This document shows positions 10,006 through 20,050 of a DNA stretch of 43,757 nt, in pieces (within the stretch, counting starts at the first letter, position 1; every line of letters begins with the position of its first letter). This DNA is from Trichomonas gallinae (lineage: Eukaryota), in assembly GCA_008369845.1 (NCBI GenBank), contig MRSU01001066.1, positions 1-43,757 of the forward strand, read 5' to 3'. Under the pieces are notes generated by a model. The model was not told the origin of the DNA. It worked only from the letters and a program-made list of their open reading frames with translations, and made no database searches. The position numbers were made by a program, and so were the translations under genes.

Positions 10006-11598
10006 TCACTCTTCGTCTGATGATGATAGTGCTTCCAGGAGAGGGTCATATGAATCATGTCTAGCAAGTGGGCGAAGTCTATGAAATGGATTTGCGAGAT
10101 ATACCTCAGGTTCAGCTTCACTTGCATCGCTTATGAGTTCGTCGCTAATTGGTGACTGTTTCTTGTTTTTGAAGATATCAAATTTGTCATTTCTTGAAAT
10201 CGATAAAATGGAGTGACAGATGTTGGTAATGTTCTGTTTAAGTTCTGATCCAATAGTATATAGGCCCAAATCTGGAATATTTCCAGAAGTGAGAATATCT
10301 CGGATGAATAACGGATTCAAAAACGTGGCTGCTGGGAATTTAGCACGTAGTTTATCTATTTTATCATTTTTAATGGCTTTGCCAACCAAAGCAATCTTAA
10401 CTGACTTATGTAGCCTTGACATCGGAATTCCTCCTAAAACTTTAACAGCATCATACAAATCACATCTCTGTTCATCTGTGAGACCAATAATGGCAACGGA
10501 AATGCCAGTAAATGATTGGATTGGCACTGGATATTTTAATGGTCTAAAAAGCATTGAAGCTGTTTTGTCGAGAATGTTGCCTGATTCGATTGATCTCCAG
10601 ACCCAAAGATCTGTAACAACTTTTTCCTGGTCAATATTGCTTAATTCTTGGTGATTTTGGATTCCAACAACCAAAATATTGGCTCTTTCTGGATTTTGGA
10701 CAACCATTCCACCATTTGCAACAATAGGAGGCGGGAGAAGATCATCAGGAGTGATCAAACAAAAGACCAAGTTATTATATAATTTTGTTCTTTCCGCATT
10801 GATATCTGACCACCAGTTAATGACATAATCTCTAGTTAGAGCTCTTCCTTTTGATTCTATCGATTCGTAGACAAAACTTGGTTTTACGATTGGTAAATTC
10901 GATTTTAATGCAACTTTGACTTTATTGGTCATCATTAGCAAAGGTGTGAATAGAATATCGGTCTTTGCATCCAATACTTCTGACCATATGCCTCCATTCT
11001 CTTCAAAAGCTTCTTTGAGCTTTTTTCTTTCACTCGAACTTAATTCTGATGATGTTGCTCTTAATCCGTGGAATAGATCAATCTTGAAGCTATCTGTTGG
11101 CAGAAATGATGATTTTTGATAGCAACTTATTATCCAATCTTTAGAAACAATTGAAATTCCAAGTCTGCGAGCTTCTTCAATTCTTCTCGATAGAACTGTC
11201 TTTGTTATGACTAATGTAACTGAGTCATCAAGTGTTTTTGAAAAAGTCGCGCCCAATAAAAAAATGTACTTCAATATTTCAGAAAATTCGTTTTGATCGA
11301 ATCCAACAATAGTAACTATCTGTGAAGCAAGACATAAGCTTGTGAATTGTCTTCGATCCAATGATAACGGCAATCTTCCGATATTTAATTGCATAGTTTC
11401 TTCAATAAACTTGGGTGTGGCGTAGTATCTTGATGTTGCAAACCTTATAAAAACTTCAGGTTGAGTGCAAATTGTAACTGTATCTGAAGATGCGTGGTTT
11501 ACTTCAATTAGTGAAGGATTGATTGCGCAAATAAGCTCTCTAATGCTTTGCTTGTGTTGAGCTACTGATGGAGAGATAAAATATGTTGCAATACTCAT
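10006..11598 (-). CDS. Multi-BRCT domain protein (TopBP1/Rad4-like)
   Basis: Repeated BRCT-like units: LGATFSKTL...IVSKDWIISC; ENGGIWSEVL...IVKPSFVYESI; NGGMVV...VVTDLWVWRSI; VLGGIPMSRL. Confidence 0.75.
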   Translation of the reverse strand: MSIATYFISPSVAQHKQSIRELICAINPSLIEVNHASSDTVTICTQPEVFIRFATSRYYATPKFIEETMQLNIGRLPLSLDRRQFTSLCLASQIVTIVGFDQNEFSEILKYIFLLGATFSKTLDDSVTLVITKTVLSRRIEEARRLGISIVSKDWIISCYQKSSFLPTDSFKIDLFHGLRATSSELSSSERKKLKEAFEENGGIWSEVLDAKTDILFTPLLMMTNKVKVALKSNLPIVKPSFVYESIESKGRALTRDYVINWWSDINAERTKLYNNLVFCLITPDDLLPPPIVANGGMVVQNPERANILVVGIQNHQELSNIDQEKVVTDLWVWRSIESGNILDKTASMLFRPLKYPVPIQSFTGISVAIIGLTDEQRCDLYDAVKVLGGIPMSRLHKSVKIALVGKAIKNDKIDKLRAKFPAATFLNPLFIRDILTSGNIPDLGLYTIGSELKQNITNICHSILSISRNDKFDIFKNKKQSPISDELISDASEAEPEVYLANPFHRLRPLARHDSYDPLLEALSSSDEE

Positions 11599-11741
11599 AA
11601 AATATGAACTTCCAGTTTTACATCGAAATTGCTAAGTTCCTCTTTTTTGAAAAACTCATTTTAAGCATTTATTTAGCTTAGCTATATCATAAATAGTCTA
11701 AATTTCACTTCAAATCCGAGCGCTCCAAAATTTTGAGAAAT

Positions 11742-11767
11742 TGGCATGTAAAATATTTTACATGACA
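11742..11767. promoter_or_regulatory. 26-bp palindrome TGGCATGTAAAATATTTTACATGACA
   Basis: One-mismatch palindrome in the divergent BRCT/RING intergenic region. Confidence 0.6.
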
Positions 11768-12036
11768 GATACAAATTAAAATTCATTTTGGATTTTATAT
11801 ATTTAAGTGGTTATTAAATCATTTTGCATTTGGGATCAAAGGTACTGACGCATAGATCTTCTCAGAAGAATCCTTCTAAGTTATAGGTCTGCAAAATACA
11901 AATCTTTGCACAATTAGTTCAATATTTGACATGTAATTATTTTTATTTGACAAATTATTTAAAATTTGATTTTCGATTTAACATATATATAATACATAAA
12001 TAATGCCGATTTCGTTTCAGATTTAGGTAAATTAAT

Positions 12037-12062
12037 TGTCATGTAAACTGAATTACATGGCG
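12037..12062. promoter_or_regulatory. 26-bp inverted pair TGTCATGTAA-ACTGAA-TTACATGGCG
   Basis: Same half-sites and same 26-bp span as 11742 and 35508; ~65 bp upstream of ATG 12128. Confidence 0.55.
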
Positions 12063-12127
12063 GACAAGTAAAATGCCCTGAACTAAATAAAGTAGGGTCC
12101 ACCCTTTTATTATAAAAATAATAGAAA

Positions 12128-13924
12128 ATGCAGGATTATGTTCAGCGTCAGGGACCACCGAGTCATGACGATGAATTTAGTCGCCTGGAGAAGCAGCTAT
12201 CCCGTGGCAATCATATCTTGCACACTTTAACGAGTCATAATGCTTATATCGATGAACTGAAGTATATCCTTAAGCAAGCATCACAACAAATACAACAAAT
12301 CGCAAATTCACAGGAAAATGCACTACCTGGTTCGAATCCTTCCGAAAACCAAGATGATTCACAAACTGTTTATGATCAAATTTACAACAATATCAGAACG
12401 ATTATCAACAATATTCCACAGACAGAAGAAATTCGTGATATATTTCCAAAATTACATCAGCATTTTTCGGAAATTTTATTACTAAAAACACAAGCACAAG
12501 TCGCACGACTCCAACACTTCCAGCCACCGCAAGATCCGATTATAGAAGTCCAAAATAAAAAGTTTGACTTCGGAATTGATCACGCAGACAAAGATAAATG
12601 CGATGAAATCTCATCTTCGTTCAAAATCTCTCAAAATGCAGTGTCATCGAAGCGTTCAAAACTTATAGACTCGTTGGTGCCGTCAAAACAAGCGCTTTCA
12701 TACATAGAACAAAATATCGATATGGAAAACCCTATAGAGTCATTAAATGAGATTTACAACGACCTATGCCGCACAGAAAAGGAGCTCACTAAAGAACTCA
12801 ATAGTTTGGACTCTAATTCCGTTTTATACAGAGATTATATAAATAATCCGCCGTTTGACTTAATTCGTGAATCACCTGAGTATCAAGAATACTTCCGTGG
12901 TTCTCAGTTCATTCTTCCAAAAGTTCGCGCGAAAGCAGAAAAAATGCAGACAATTTACACACAAATGCTAAGCAAGCACCAGGAGCTAACAGAAGCTCTT
13001 GTTAAGACAGACTTCAATCCATGCGATGAAGATTGGACAAAATATTTAGCAGATGATGCAGATGTTCAAGTATTAAGCAGAAAACTGCATTTCATCAAAG
13101 GAATCGTCGGAAATCTTCGCTCAATCTTCCCAGAAAAGAGTGCTGACTTCTGCAACCACGATCGCGATGTTATGTCTAAAGCATTAAATTCGATCGATAA
13201 AAATGACATCGAAAGCTTCAAGAAGATCATCAAAGAATACCAGAGCGAGCTCCCCTCCATACAAAAAGGAATCGAAGAGGAGACATCCCAGATCGACAGC
13301 TACAGCATGAATCTAGAACAGCAGCTTCCTCAGCTGATGAGAAGGCACACTAAACAGCAGGACCAGAGCTCGATCAGAGCACTCGAGACAGCGAGAGAGA
13401 ACGTGCGAAGAAACAAGCAGGTGATAGAGCAGGCGGAAGAGCAGATGGACATCCAGTTCAAACAGCTCAAACAGAAGCACACTGACTTGTTGAACCAGAA
13501 CTTCTCCATTAAAGCATTTCCGCCTTCTCTCGACGTGATTTTCGAGAACACTGCTTCTAAACGCGCTGTTCTTTCGTGGTACAAGAGACGCATACAAAGT
13601 CTTGAGAACGAAAACGCAGAAGTCCGCAAGAGAATCAACTCGCTGAATGAAGAAGCGGAGAATCTTGCGAACGAGACAAAGATGAGAGGCGAAATGGTAG
13701 AACAAATGTCGAAGATGAAAACAAAGAGCATCCCTTACTCACTCAAAGAACTTAAGTCAATCGTCGAATGTCCTCTGTGTGGAAAGCAGCGTGACACGGT
13801 TTTGCTTAGCTGCGGACATACTTTCTGCTCTAATTGCGCTAAAGGATTCGTGAGAAATAGAAATTGTCCAGCATGTGATACACGTTTCACTCAATTTGAC
13901 ATCAAGCAATTCAGTCTTGAATAA
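12128..13924 (+). CDS. Coiled-coil protein with C-terminal RING (Bre1-like E3 ligase architecture)
   Basis: Long heptad-rich region followed by CPLC...CGHTFCSNC...RNCPAC..F...DI, a pattern typical of Bre1-type RINGs. Confidence 0.75.
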   Translation: MQDYVQRQGPPSHDDEFSRLEKQLSRGNHILHTLTSHNAYIDELKYILKQASQQIQQIANSQENALPGSNPSENQDDSQTVYDQIYNNIRTIINNIPQTEEIRDIFPKLHQHFSEILLLKTQAQVARLQHFQPPQDPIIEVQNKKFDFGIDHADKDKCDEISSSFKISQNAVSSKRSKLIDSLVPSKQALSYIEQNIDMENPIESLNEIYNDLCRTEKELTKELNSLDSNSVLYRDYINNPPFDLIRESPEYQEYFRGSQFILPKVRAKAEKMQTIYTQMLSKHQELTEALVKTDFNPCDEDWTKYLADDADVQVLSRKLHFIKGIVGNLRSIFPEKSADFCNHDRDVMSKALNSIDKNDIESFKKIIKEYQSELPSIQKGIEEETSQIDSYSMNLEQQLPQLMRRHTKQQDQSSIRALETARENVRRNKQVIEQAEEQMDIQFKQLKQKHTDLLNQNFSIKAFPPSLDVIFENTASKRAVLSWYKRRIQSLENENAEVRKRINSLNEEAENLANETKMRGEMVEQMSKMKTKSIPYSLKELKSIVECPLCGKQRDTVLLSCGHTFCSNCAKGFVRNRNCPACDTRFTQFDIKQFSLE

Positions 13925-14390
13925 TTTAGATATCTAAATGTTAATATATGCTTATATAAAAAATTATTAATTATTCATGCATAATATTAATCAAACACAA
14001 TAAAAATATAACAATATTTTATAGAAAATCTTAGAAATCATATAAAAGTTAAAAAGAAATGATAATTAACAGAATTGAAATTGAAATTTTGATGAATAGT
14101 TGAAATATATGAATAAATGTCATTGAAAATTATGTAAAATGGACTAGTAATAATAGAATCATTATGTAACAGCTTCTTAATTACAACATTTAACTATGAT
14201 GTAATAATTCTTCATTTAACTCATTGTCTACAAGATATAATCCTGCAATAAATAGATATAAATATAGTAATTGCTTTGTTTTACATATGTTTAAAAGACA
14301 AGCTAATGAAATACAATAGAAATAAAGATATGATGAAAAATAGTTACTGGTGAAATTTTGTCAATCGTGTCACATTTATTAAAAATTTCG

Positions 14391-15347
14391 ATGACTCATA
14401 AAGTAACATTTGACCAGCGAATGTTAGAGTTTGCCATCACGACAAACCACGGCTTCATGATTTATGAGTTTTCGACAGGAAAATTGCTGTATGAAGCCAT
14501 CTTTCCTGGAGGTGGTGCTCGCTGCATCTCACTTCTCAGCGATTCAAACATCGTGACAGTCACTGGAGATGACTCACGCGAAGGGTTCACGTCTAACACT
14601 GTTATTATGTGGGATCGCAAAAATAACAAAGTCATTGGATTATTCCCTGTCGAAAAAACAATCACAGAGCTTCGATTCAAGTTAGATTACATTATTGTTG
14701 CGCATGGAAATATGATTACATTCTTTGATAGCTTCGATTTCTCGCAAAAACTTTCTGTTTCTAATACAATATCAGATTCCTTCGCATTTGCCATTGTTCC
14801 ATCAAATACAGTTTATTATACAGCAGTTCCTGCTAAAAATGCGAAATCACTACAAATTGTTGATTATCATGATCCGAATTACGTTCTTGGTTTTATTCCG
14901 ATTAACGTTACTAAAGTTAATTACGTTGCGTTCGATCGTAAAGGAGAGCTAGTTGCTATAGTTATAGATGAAGGAAAGAATATCCAACTTTGGGATGTCA
15001 TACAGTTGAAATTAGTCGCCACATACAAGCGTGGTATGCGTTCTTGCGATGTGACTGGTATTGCTTTTGATAGCTTGTCATCTTTCTTTATTATGACAAC
15101 ACTTCGTGGAACGCTACACGCTTTTGCGATCCCAACTCCAAAGGAGAGAGAAACTATAGATCCTAAATCACCGATGCGCTCTAAGTTCAGTTTTGAAATG
15201 CCAAAGGGAATTAATTTCCATTGTCAATTTGATTTAGCAGGATATATTTTCATGGGTGTATCAGAAAATGGTGATTTCAGGAAGTTCAGACTCGATATTG
15301 AAAAGAATGAAATTGTTTCTGAACTAGAAATCAAACTTACATTATAA
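14391..15347 (+). CDS. WD40 PROPPIN (Atg18/WIPI-like) protein
   Basis: VIMWD, AFDRKGELVA...GKNIQLWD, YKRG (at the FRRG position), GTLHAF. The track start is TTG; ATG is at 14391. Confidence 0.75.
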   Translation: MTHKVTFDQRMLEFAITTNHGFMIYEFSTGKLLYEAIFPGGGARCISLLSDSNIVTVTGDDSREGFTSNTVIMWDRKNNKVIGLFPVEKTITELRFKLDYIIVAHGNMITFFDSFDFSQKLSVSNTISDSFAFAIVPSNTVYYTAVPAKNAKSLQIVDYHDPNYVLGFIPINVTKVNYVAFDRKGELVAIVIDEGKNIQLWDVIQLKLVATYKRGMRSCDVTGIAFDSLSSFFIMTTLRGTLHAFAIPTPKERETIDPKSPMRSKFSFEMPKGINFHCQFDLAGYIFMGVSENGDFRKFRLDIEKNEIVSELEIKLTL

Positions 15348-15467
15348 TTTTTTTTTATATTATTATTACGTTTTATGGTTTTATTAGCGTTAAAATAGTA
15401 TTGATATGAATCTTTAAACTGAATATATATATATTTTTATTACACGAAATTCAAACATATTTTATTT

Positions 15468-16871
15468 TTAGGAAAATAGAATTGGTAACGCTGTTCCATT
15501 AGCATCATCATGCGACACAAATGTGGGAATAATATTGCTGTAGGTTTCATCATCTTGTGTTTTATCTTGCGGAGAAATTAGTTCGTCAGAAGCGGACAAA
15601 ATATATGTATCAAGAGAATCTAACTTTTGTTTGGGTTTGAGAAGATCGAAGCCATTATATATATAGTTAATTGGTATGTTCAATTTATTTTTAAAATAAT
15701 CTAGTATCATGTTAACAGTGCCTACCTTAGGGAAATATAATTGATGTACCTTTCCTTCATACTCGATATTGATGAACACTAATTCTTGATATGATACGAG
15801 AAAATCGAAATTTTTTGAATATCGAGTTAATTCATAACTTTTTAACTGAAAAGGCAACTGATCAATGATTTTCATGTCCATGTGAATATTTTTGTGACTA
15901 ATAGTGTTGTAAATGAAAACATTTTGATTTTGATCTTTAGATAAGCGTGCTCTAATATCATTGAATTTGCTTTCAACACTAATATTTGTTAAATTGCTTG
16001 ATAGTTCTTTTTCTAATTGTGCATCTAAATTATAAAATTTGAATAATGGGCTGATATATTTCAATGTATAATGATAGAATATTCGTATATGCTTTGCATC
16101 TGATATGTTCTCAGCATTTTGTTTAATAAAATTGAACACGTCCAGGCAAGCTTTAACTTTACGGCCTTTCCAGATGATATTGTCTTGATTTAATTCGAGT
16201 TTGAATTTAGGGAGAACAAAACTGCTTGGAACTAAATCAGTAAACGTTTTATTTTCGAATTCGTAGACATTTTTACATTCTTCCGAAAATCTAATTGGAG
16301 TTTCTTTTCTATTGCCGAACTTAAAAGAAAATTCTAGTATAGTAGTAGCAGGATAACATACTGTATATTCTATTATATCAAATATAGAATAGCATTGATT
16401 GACTTTTGTATTGTCATCATAAACGATTTCTTGGTTCTCTTTGAAGAATGCTATACGTTCTAATGGATTTTTTTGGAGCTGAGAACTCAAACCAGCCATT
16501 GTTTTCGAACTTTCAAAAATTTTCGCTTCTCTATGATTTCCTCCTTTTAATTTCAGAAAAACCAGATAGTTATTGAAATGCACAGTAAATTCTATATTGC
16601 TATCCCTAGTTGGAATCATTCCAGAGTTAATTTTTTGATTATTGACATATAATGTAATTTTCGGATCGGTTTGGTTTGAATATCGCATTTTTTGTTTAAT
16701 CATTTTAATAAGCTCGCCGGCTTCTATCTCTGGAGGCAAGTTTGCCGTATATTGTATTTGCTTAACTCGACTATCGTTAATATTCCACTTGATAACTTGT
16801 TCTACTACTTGCTGCGAAGCAACTTCAAAATTAGCATTTGACGAAGTCGCGCTGTGATCTCGTGAATTCAT
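15468..16871 (-). CDS. Hypothetical protein, possibly with ubiquitin-like beta-grasp repeats
   Basis: 467 aa ATG ORF. The segment YFPKVGTVNMILDYF...YIYNGFDLL weakly resembles a UBL fold; no firm motif. Confidence 0.6.
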   Translation of the reverse strand: MNSRDHSATSSNANFEVASQQVVEQVIKWNINDSRVKQIQYTANLPPEIEAGELIKMIKQKMRYSNQTDPKITLYVNNQKINSGMIPTRDSNIEFTVHFNNYLVFLKLKGGNHREAKIFESSKTMAGLSSQLQKNPLERIAFFKENQEIVYDDNTKVNQCYSIFDIIEYTVCYPATTILEFSFKFGNRKETPIRFSEECKNVYEFENKTFTDLVPSSFVLPKFKLELNQDNIIWKGRKVKACLDVFNFIKQNAENISDAKHIRIFYHYTLKYISPLFKFYNLDAQLEKELSSNLTNISVESKFNDIRARLSKDQNQNVFIYNTISHKNIHMDMKIIDQLPFQLKSYELTRYSKNFDFLVSYQELVFINIEYEGKVHQLYFPKVGTVNMILDYFKNKLNIPINYIYNGFDLLKPKQKLDSLDTYILSASDELISPQDKTQDDETYSNIIPTFVSHDDANGTALPILFS

Positions 16872-17175
16872 TTATTCTCGAAAAAAAATGCTGACAGTTT
16901 TGACATGTAAATTTTTCCTTGTCAAAAATTTACTGAAGCATTTTACATGATTTCTATGTATATGGAATTGATTACATGTTTATCTACTTATTAAATTTAA
17001 GCAAAATGACTAAAATAATCGAAAAAATTAAAAAATTATGCATGACTATATGGCTAGCTCCACATATCTTGTTAATAGAATTAACGCCCAATAAAAATCT
17101 GGATTTCTTGTTCATCATAAAAAAAAATATATAAATTTGTCTAAGGTAATTGCTAATCTAATTTTATCCAATCAT

Positions 17176-17598
17176 TTAGAAAACGGCAGGAGCTACGGAA
17201 GCTACCTTAGGCCATAATTCTGCTGCTTCCTTAGCTACTGGGCCAGTGATAGCTGAACCCTTCATTTCACCCTTCTCGTTAATGATAACACCAGCATTGT
17301 CCTGGAAGCCGATAACGACACCATCCTTGCGGCGCCAGATAGCGCGCTGGCGGACAACGACGCCCATGGAGACTTTCTTGCGGAGAGCTGGCTTACCCTT
17401 CTTGCATGTAACGACGATGAGGTCAGAAACGGATGCAGCTGGGAGACGGTTAAGACGGCCCTTATGACCACGAACGGAGATGATGAACATGTTCTTAGCG
17501 CCGGAGTTGTCGCAGCAGTTGATGACAGCACCAACTGGAAGACCCTCTGTCATGGCGAACTTTGTGCCTTGCTGACCTGTACGACCACGCTTTGTCAT
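17176..17598 (-). CDS. RPL23: 60S ribosomal protein L23 (uL14)
   Basis: [18 protein letters not shown]...GRLNRLPAA...[10 protein letters not shown]...[31 protein letters not shown]. Confidence 0.98.
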   Translation of the reverse strand: MTKRGRTGQQGTKFAMTEGLPVGAVINCCDNSGAKNMFIISVRGHKGRLNRLPAASVSDLIVVTCKKGKPALRKKVSMGVVVRQRAIWRRKDGVVIGFQDNAGVIINEKGEMKGSAITGPVAKEAAELWPKVASVAPAVF

Positions 17599-17605
17599 TA
17601 AAATA

Positions 17606-17610
17606 AAAGG
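17606..17610 (-). promoter_or_regulatory. M5-type core promoter CCTTT of RPL23
   Basis: The minus strand reads GGCCTTTTATTTTA-ATG with no TCAY Inr. CCTTT is the known alternative initiator of some Trichomonas ribosomal protein genes. Confidence 0.7.
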
Positions 17611-18028
17611 CCCACAAATTGAATCAAAAATAATCGTATTTAAGGTCCGGCCATGAAAAATTTACATGTCAAAAAAAATGGTTTACATTTTAATAAACTA
17701 TTCAATTTATTTTCATTAGATGCTTCTATATCTATCTATATAGTTAGAACTAACCATCGACACTGCAGACATATTTGTGCATCTATAGATAGTTTATATA
17801 TGAGTCTATGGCAATGTTGACTGAAATACTCTCTATTTCTCGTTATGTTGCTATAAATAGCTCGGTAAAATTAATATTATTCATCAGCTTTTGTATTTAT
17901 TTTTATACTATGTTAGATGCAAGCAATTGATTTGTATAATTTTTTCGCAAATATTCATAAAATTAAAATATATTTTTATAAAATTGAATGATGACCTATT
18001 GAGCTATTCAATAACTCTTAGGTCAATT

Positions 18029-18490
18029 TTACTTATATTTCTGAACATAGCGTCTGAAAAGAAGTATTAATATAAATAAAGATATTACAACTAGGAATAA
18101 CATCTCTGGTCTGTTAAATGAGATCACTAGTGCCAATATAATTAACACTACAGCGATCAATGGATGAGTAAAAATAGATATATATTTTGAAATTTTGGTC
18201 TGATTGTTTGATTTTTTGGTTGGTGAGTGATTTCTGTCCTTGGTTGGTATAGGACTACTGAGAATTCCAGGATACTCAGCATTTTGAATTATCCACTCAG
18301 GTGTAGTTTGTCTACTCCTTGATTTTAAGACAGAAGTAGGCGGAGACCTGAAAGCTGTCGAAGAAATTAGGTAGTCTGGCTCCGCTTTCCTCACAGGTGT
18401 AGCCAGAACATCCATGATTTTATCTTGGCCAAAATTTTTAGACGAAAAGTGAACTTCGCACTTAGTTACATCGACTTTGTTACACTTCAT
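18029..18490 (-). CDS. Hypothetical protein with two C-terminal TM segments
   Basis: S/T/P-rich N-terminal part, then two hydrophobic stretches. The true start may be ATG 18415 (AAAATCATG, downstream of TCACTTTT). Confidence 0.65.
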   Translation of the reverse strand: MKCNKVDVTKCEVHFSSKNFGQDKIMDVLATPVRKAEPDYLISSTAFRSPPTSVLKSRSRQTTPEWIIQNAEYPGILSSPIPTKDRNHSPTKKSNNQTKISKYISIFTHPLIAVVLIILALVISFNRPEMLFLVVISLFILILLFRRYVQKYK

Positions 18491-18704
18491 TATACTGCAC
18501 TACTCTCAAATTTCTTCGCCACACATTGTCTTGATCAGTATAATATAGCAAAATTCTGATATATTTAGAATCAATTTTCATGTATGGAAACGTCATCATT
18601 AATTTCATGTATATCTTATATAACAACAATGCAATATATTTACGTAATATAACAAACAAAAAAAAACTAAAAAAAATACCAATATTATCAAAATAAAATT
18701 AAAT

Positions 18705-19691
18705 TCAATCCGCAGTGAGATTCTGATTTTGCTTGATCTGCTGATATGTTGGAAGGTCTTTAACGAGATCATATGATGAATATCCTTTCCAAGGATTTGT
18801 TGGGCATATGATTTGGCAGCAATTCTGGTCATAGCCAAAAACTTCTGCAAAGTTTTCTGCCGTTGTATCATGTTCGAAACCATATTTGATATCATTCCAT
18901 CCTTCCCAGGAAGTTTGGTTCTTTCTTGCAGCAACGCAATGCATAAATGCAAACTGGCATGTCATGAACGTGAAAAGCAAGCTCATCATGATAAAAAGTA
19001 TTTCAACAAAAATTGTATAATGAAACTTATCTGCTACAATGAAAACAACAGATAATATGTGTGCTATAAGTGATAACCCTAAGAAAATCGATCCATATAT
19101 ATTAAATAAGATAAACATTTTGTGGTTACGTTTTCCGATCCAGCAACCAACCCATCCGCAGAAGTGATCTGGCCTAATAACGAATCTTCTTCCCAATTTA
19201 GAAACAATTGATCTTCCAGGGTTTACATTATCGTGTGCGCATTTATACTGTGCTTTGTTCGTAATAACACCTGCTAATGAATCGTCTAGGAAGTTTACTG
19301 TAGGATCATCTGTATGTGGAAGTTTATTTTGAATAACCCAGTGATAATAGAATGGAATATATCCTGGACCATCGTATATTGTTTTAATATAGCAAAAAAT
19401 GAACATAAATGCGAAAATCGTAATTATTGGTACGAATATTTTACCGGCAAGACCTAGTGCGAAAAATGGAAGCCAATATAAAATACCAAGATTTGCCAAA
19501 ATGAGTGCTATAACTACAATCGGCATACCTGGATTGCACTCCCAGTGACCGCAAAATATACTACCATCGCTCATTTTATGACAACAATGACAAAAAGTAG
19601 TATATGTTGAGAATCCTGGGAATGTTTCGATGTCTGTTTCTTCAGGATTTTCTTTGTCTTGTATTTGTTCTAATTGATGGGCTTCTTCCAT
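18705..19691 (-). CDS. DHHC-family palmitoyltransferase (DHFC variant)
   Basis: Four TM segments, GPG, RPDHFCGWVGCWIGKRNHKMF, and NQTSWE (TTxE-like). Confidence 0.9.
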   Translation of the reverse strand: MEEAHQLEQIQDKENPEETDIETFPGFSTYTTFCHCCHKMSDGSIFCGHWECNPGMPIVVIALILANLGILYWLPFFALGLAGKIFVPIITIFAFMFIFCYIKTIYDGPGYIPFYYHWVIQNKLPHTDDPTVNFLDDSLAGVITNKAQYKCAHDNVNPGRSIVSKLGRRFVIRPDHFCGWVGCWIGKRNHKMFILFNIYGSIFLGLSLIAHILSVVFIVADKFHYTIFVEILFIMMSLLFTFMTCQFAFMHCVAARKNQTSWEGWNDIKYGFEHDTTAENFAEVFGYDQNCCQIICPTNPWKGYSSYDLVKDLPTYQQIKQNQNLTAD

Positions 19692-19734
19692 ATATAAAAA
19701 ATCACCGGAAAATATGAAATATTTTACATGACAA

Positions 19735-19841
19735 ATTTTGACAAATAATTTGTAAAATTCTGACGAATAAAATTATTTTATTTTATTTTATTTGTAAAAT
19801 TATTTTGACAAATAATTTGTAAAATTCTGACGAATAAAATT
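19735..19841. repeat. Exact 40-bp direct repeat
   Basis: ATTTTGACAAATAATTTGTAAAATTCTGACGAATAAAATT at 19735-19774 and 19802-19841. Confidence 0.9.
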
Positions 19842-19900
19842 GAAAATATGATAAATAAACTTATAATCTGACAATAAAAATGAAAACGGTTTTGACAGCC

Positions 19901-20028
19901 ATAAATCGCTCCTGAATCCCGGACGACGTCATTACTGCGTTCGGCGCTAAGGTCCGAGACACAAGTTTTGGGGAGCAAACCGTTAGCTCATGCAAAACGA
20001 TGCTTCTCTCAACAAAATTCCCTTTTTT
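19901..20028 (+). ncRNA. Candidate structured small RNA, H/ACA snoRNA-like
   Basis: GC-rich island in AT-rich DNA: hairpin 1 (CCCGGAC/GTCCGAG), ANANNA (ACACAA 19959-19964), hairpin 2 (GGGGAGCA/TGCTTCTC, CGTT/AACG), ACA at 20012-20014, then a T-run. M3-like ACGGTTT at 19886-19892. Confidence 0.5.
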
Positions 20029-20050
20029 ACTTAGAGACATTTTTTTAATT

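Noticed and set aside
19778..19978. 66 aa minus-strand ORF over the GC-rich island
   Set aside because: TTG start and runs into an AT-rich repeat; RNA structure explains the composition better.
19905..20020. Resemblance of the island to U2 (ATCGCT, GCTAAGGTC), RNase P CR-I (AAGGTCCGAG) or U6 (TTAGC)
   Set aside because: No GTAGTA branch-pairing motif, no downstream P4 partner, no ACAGAGA box.
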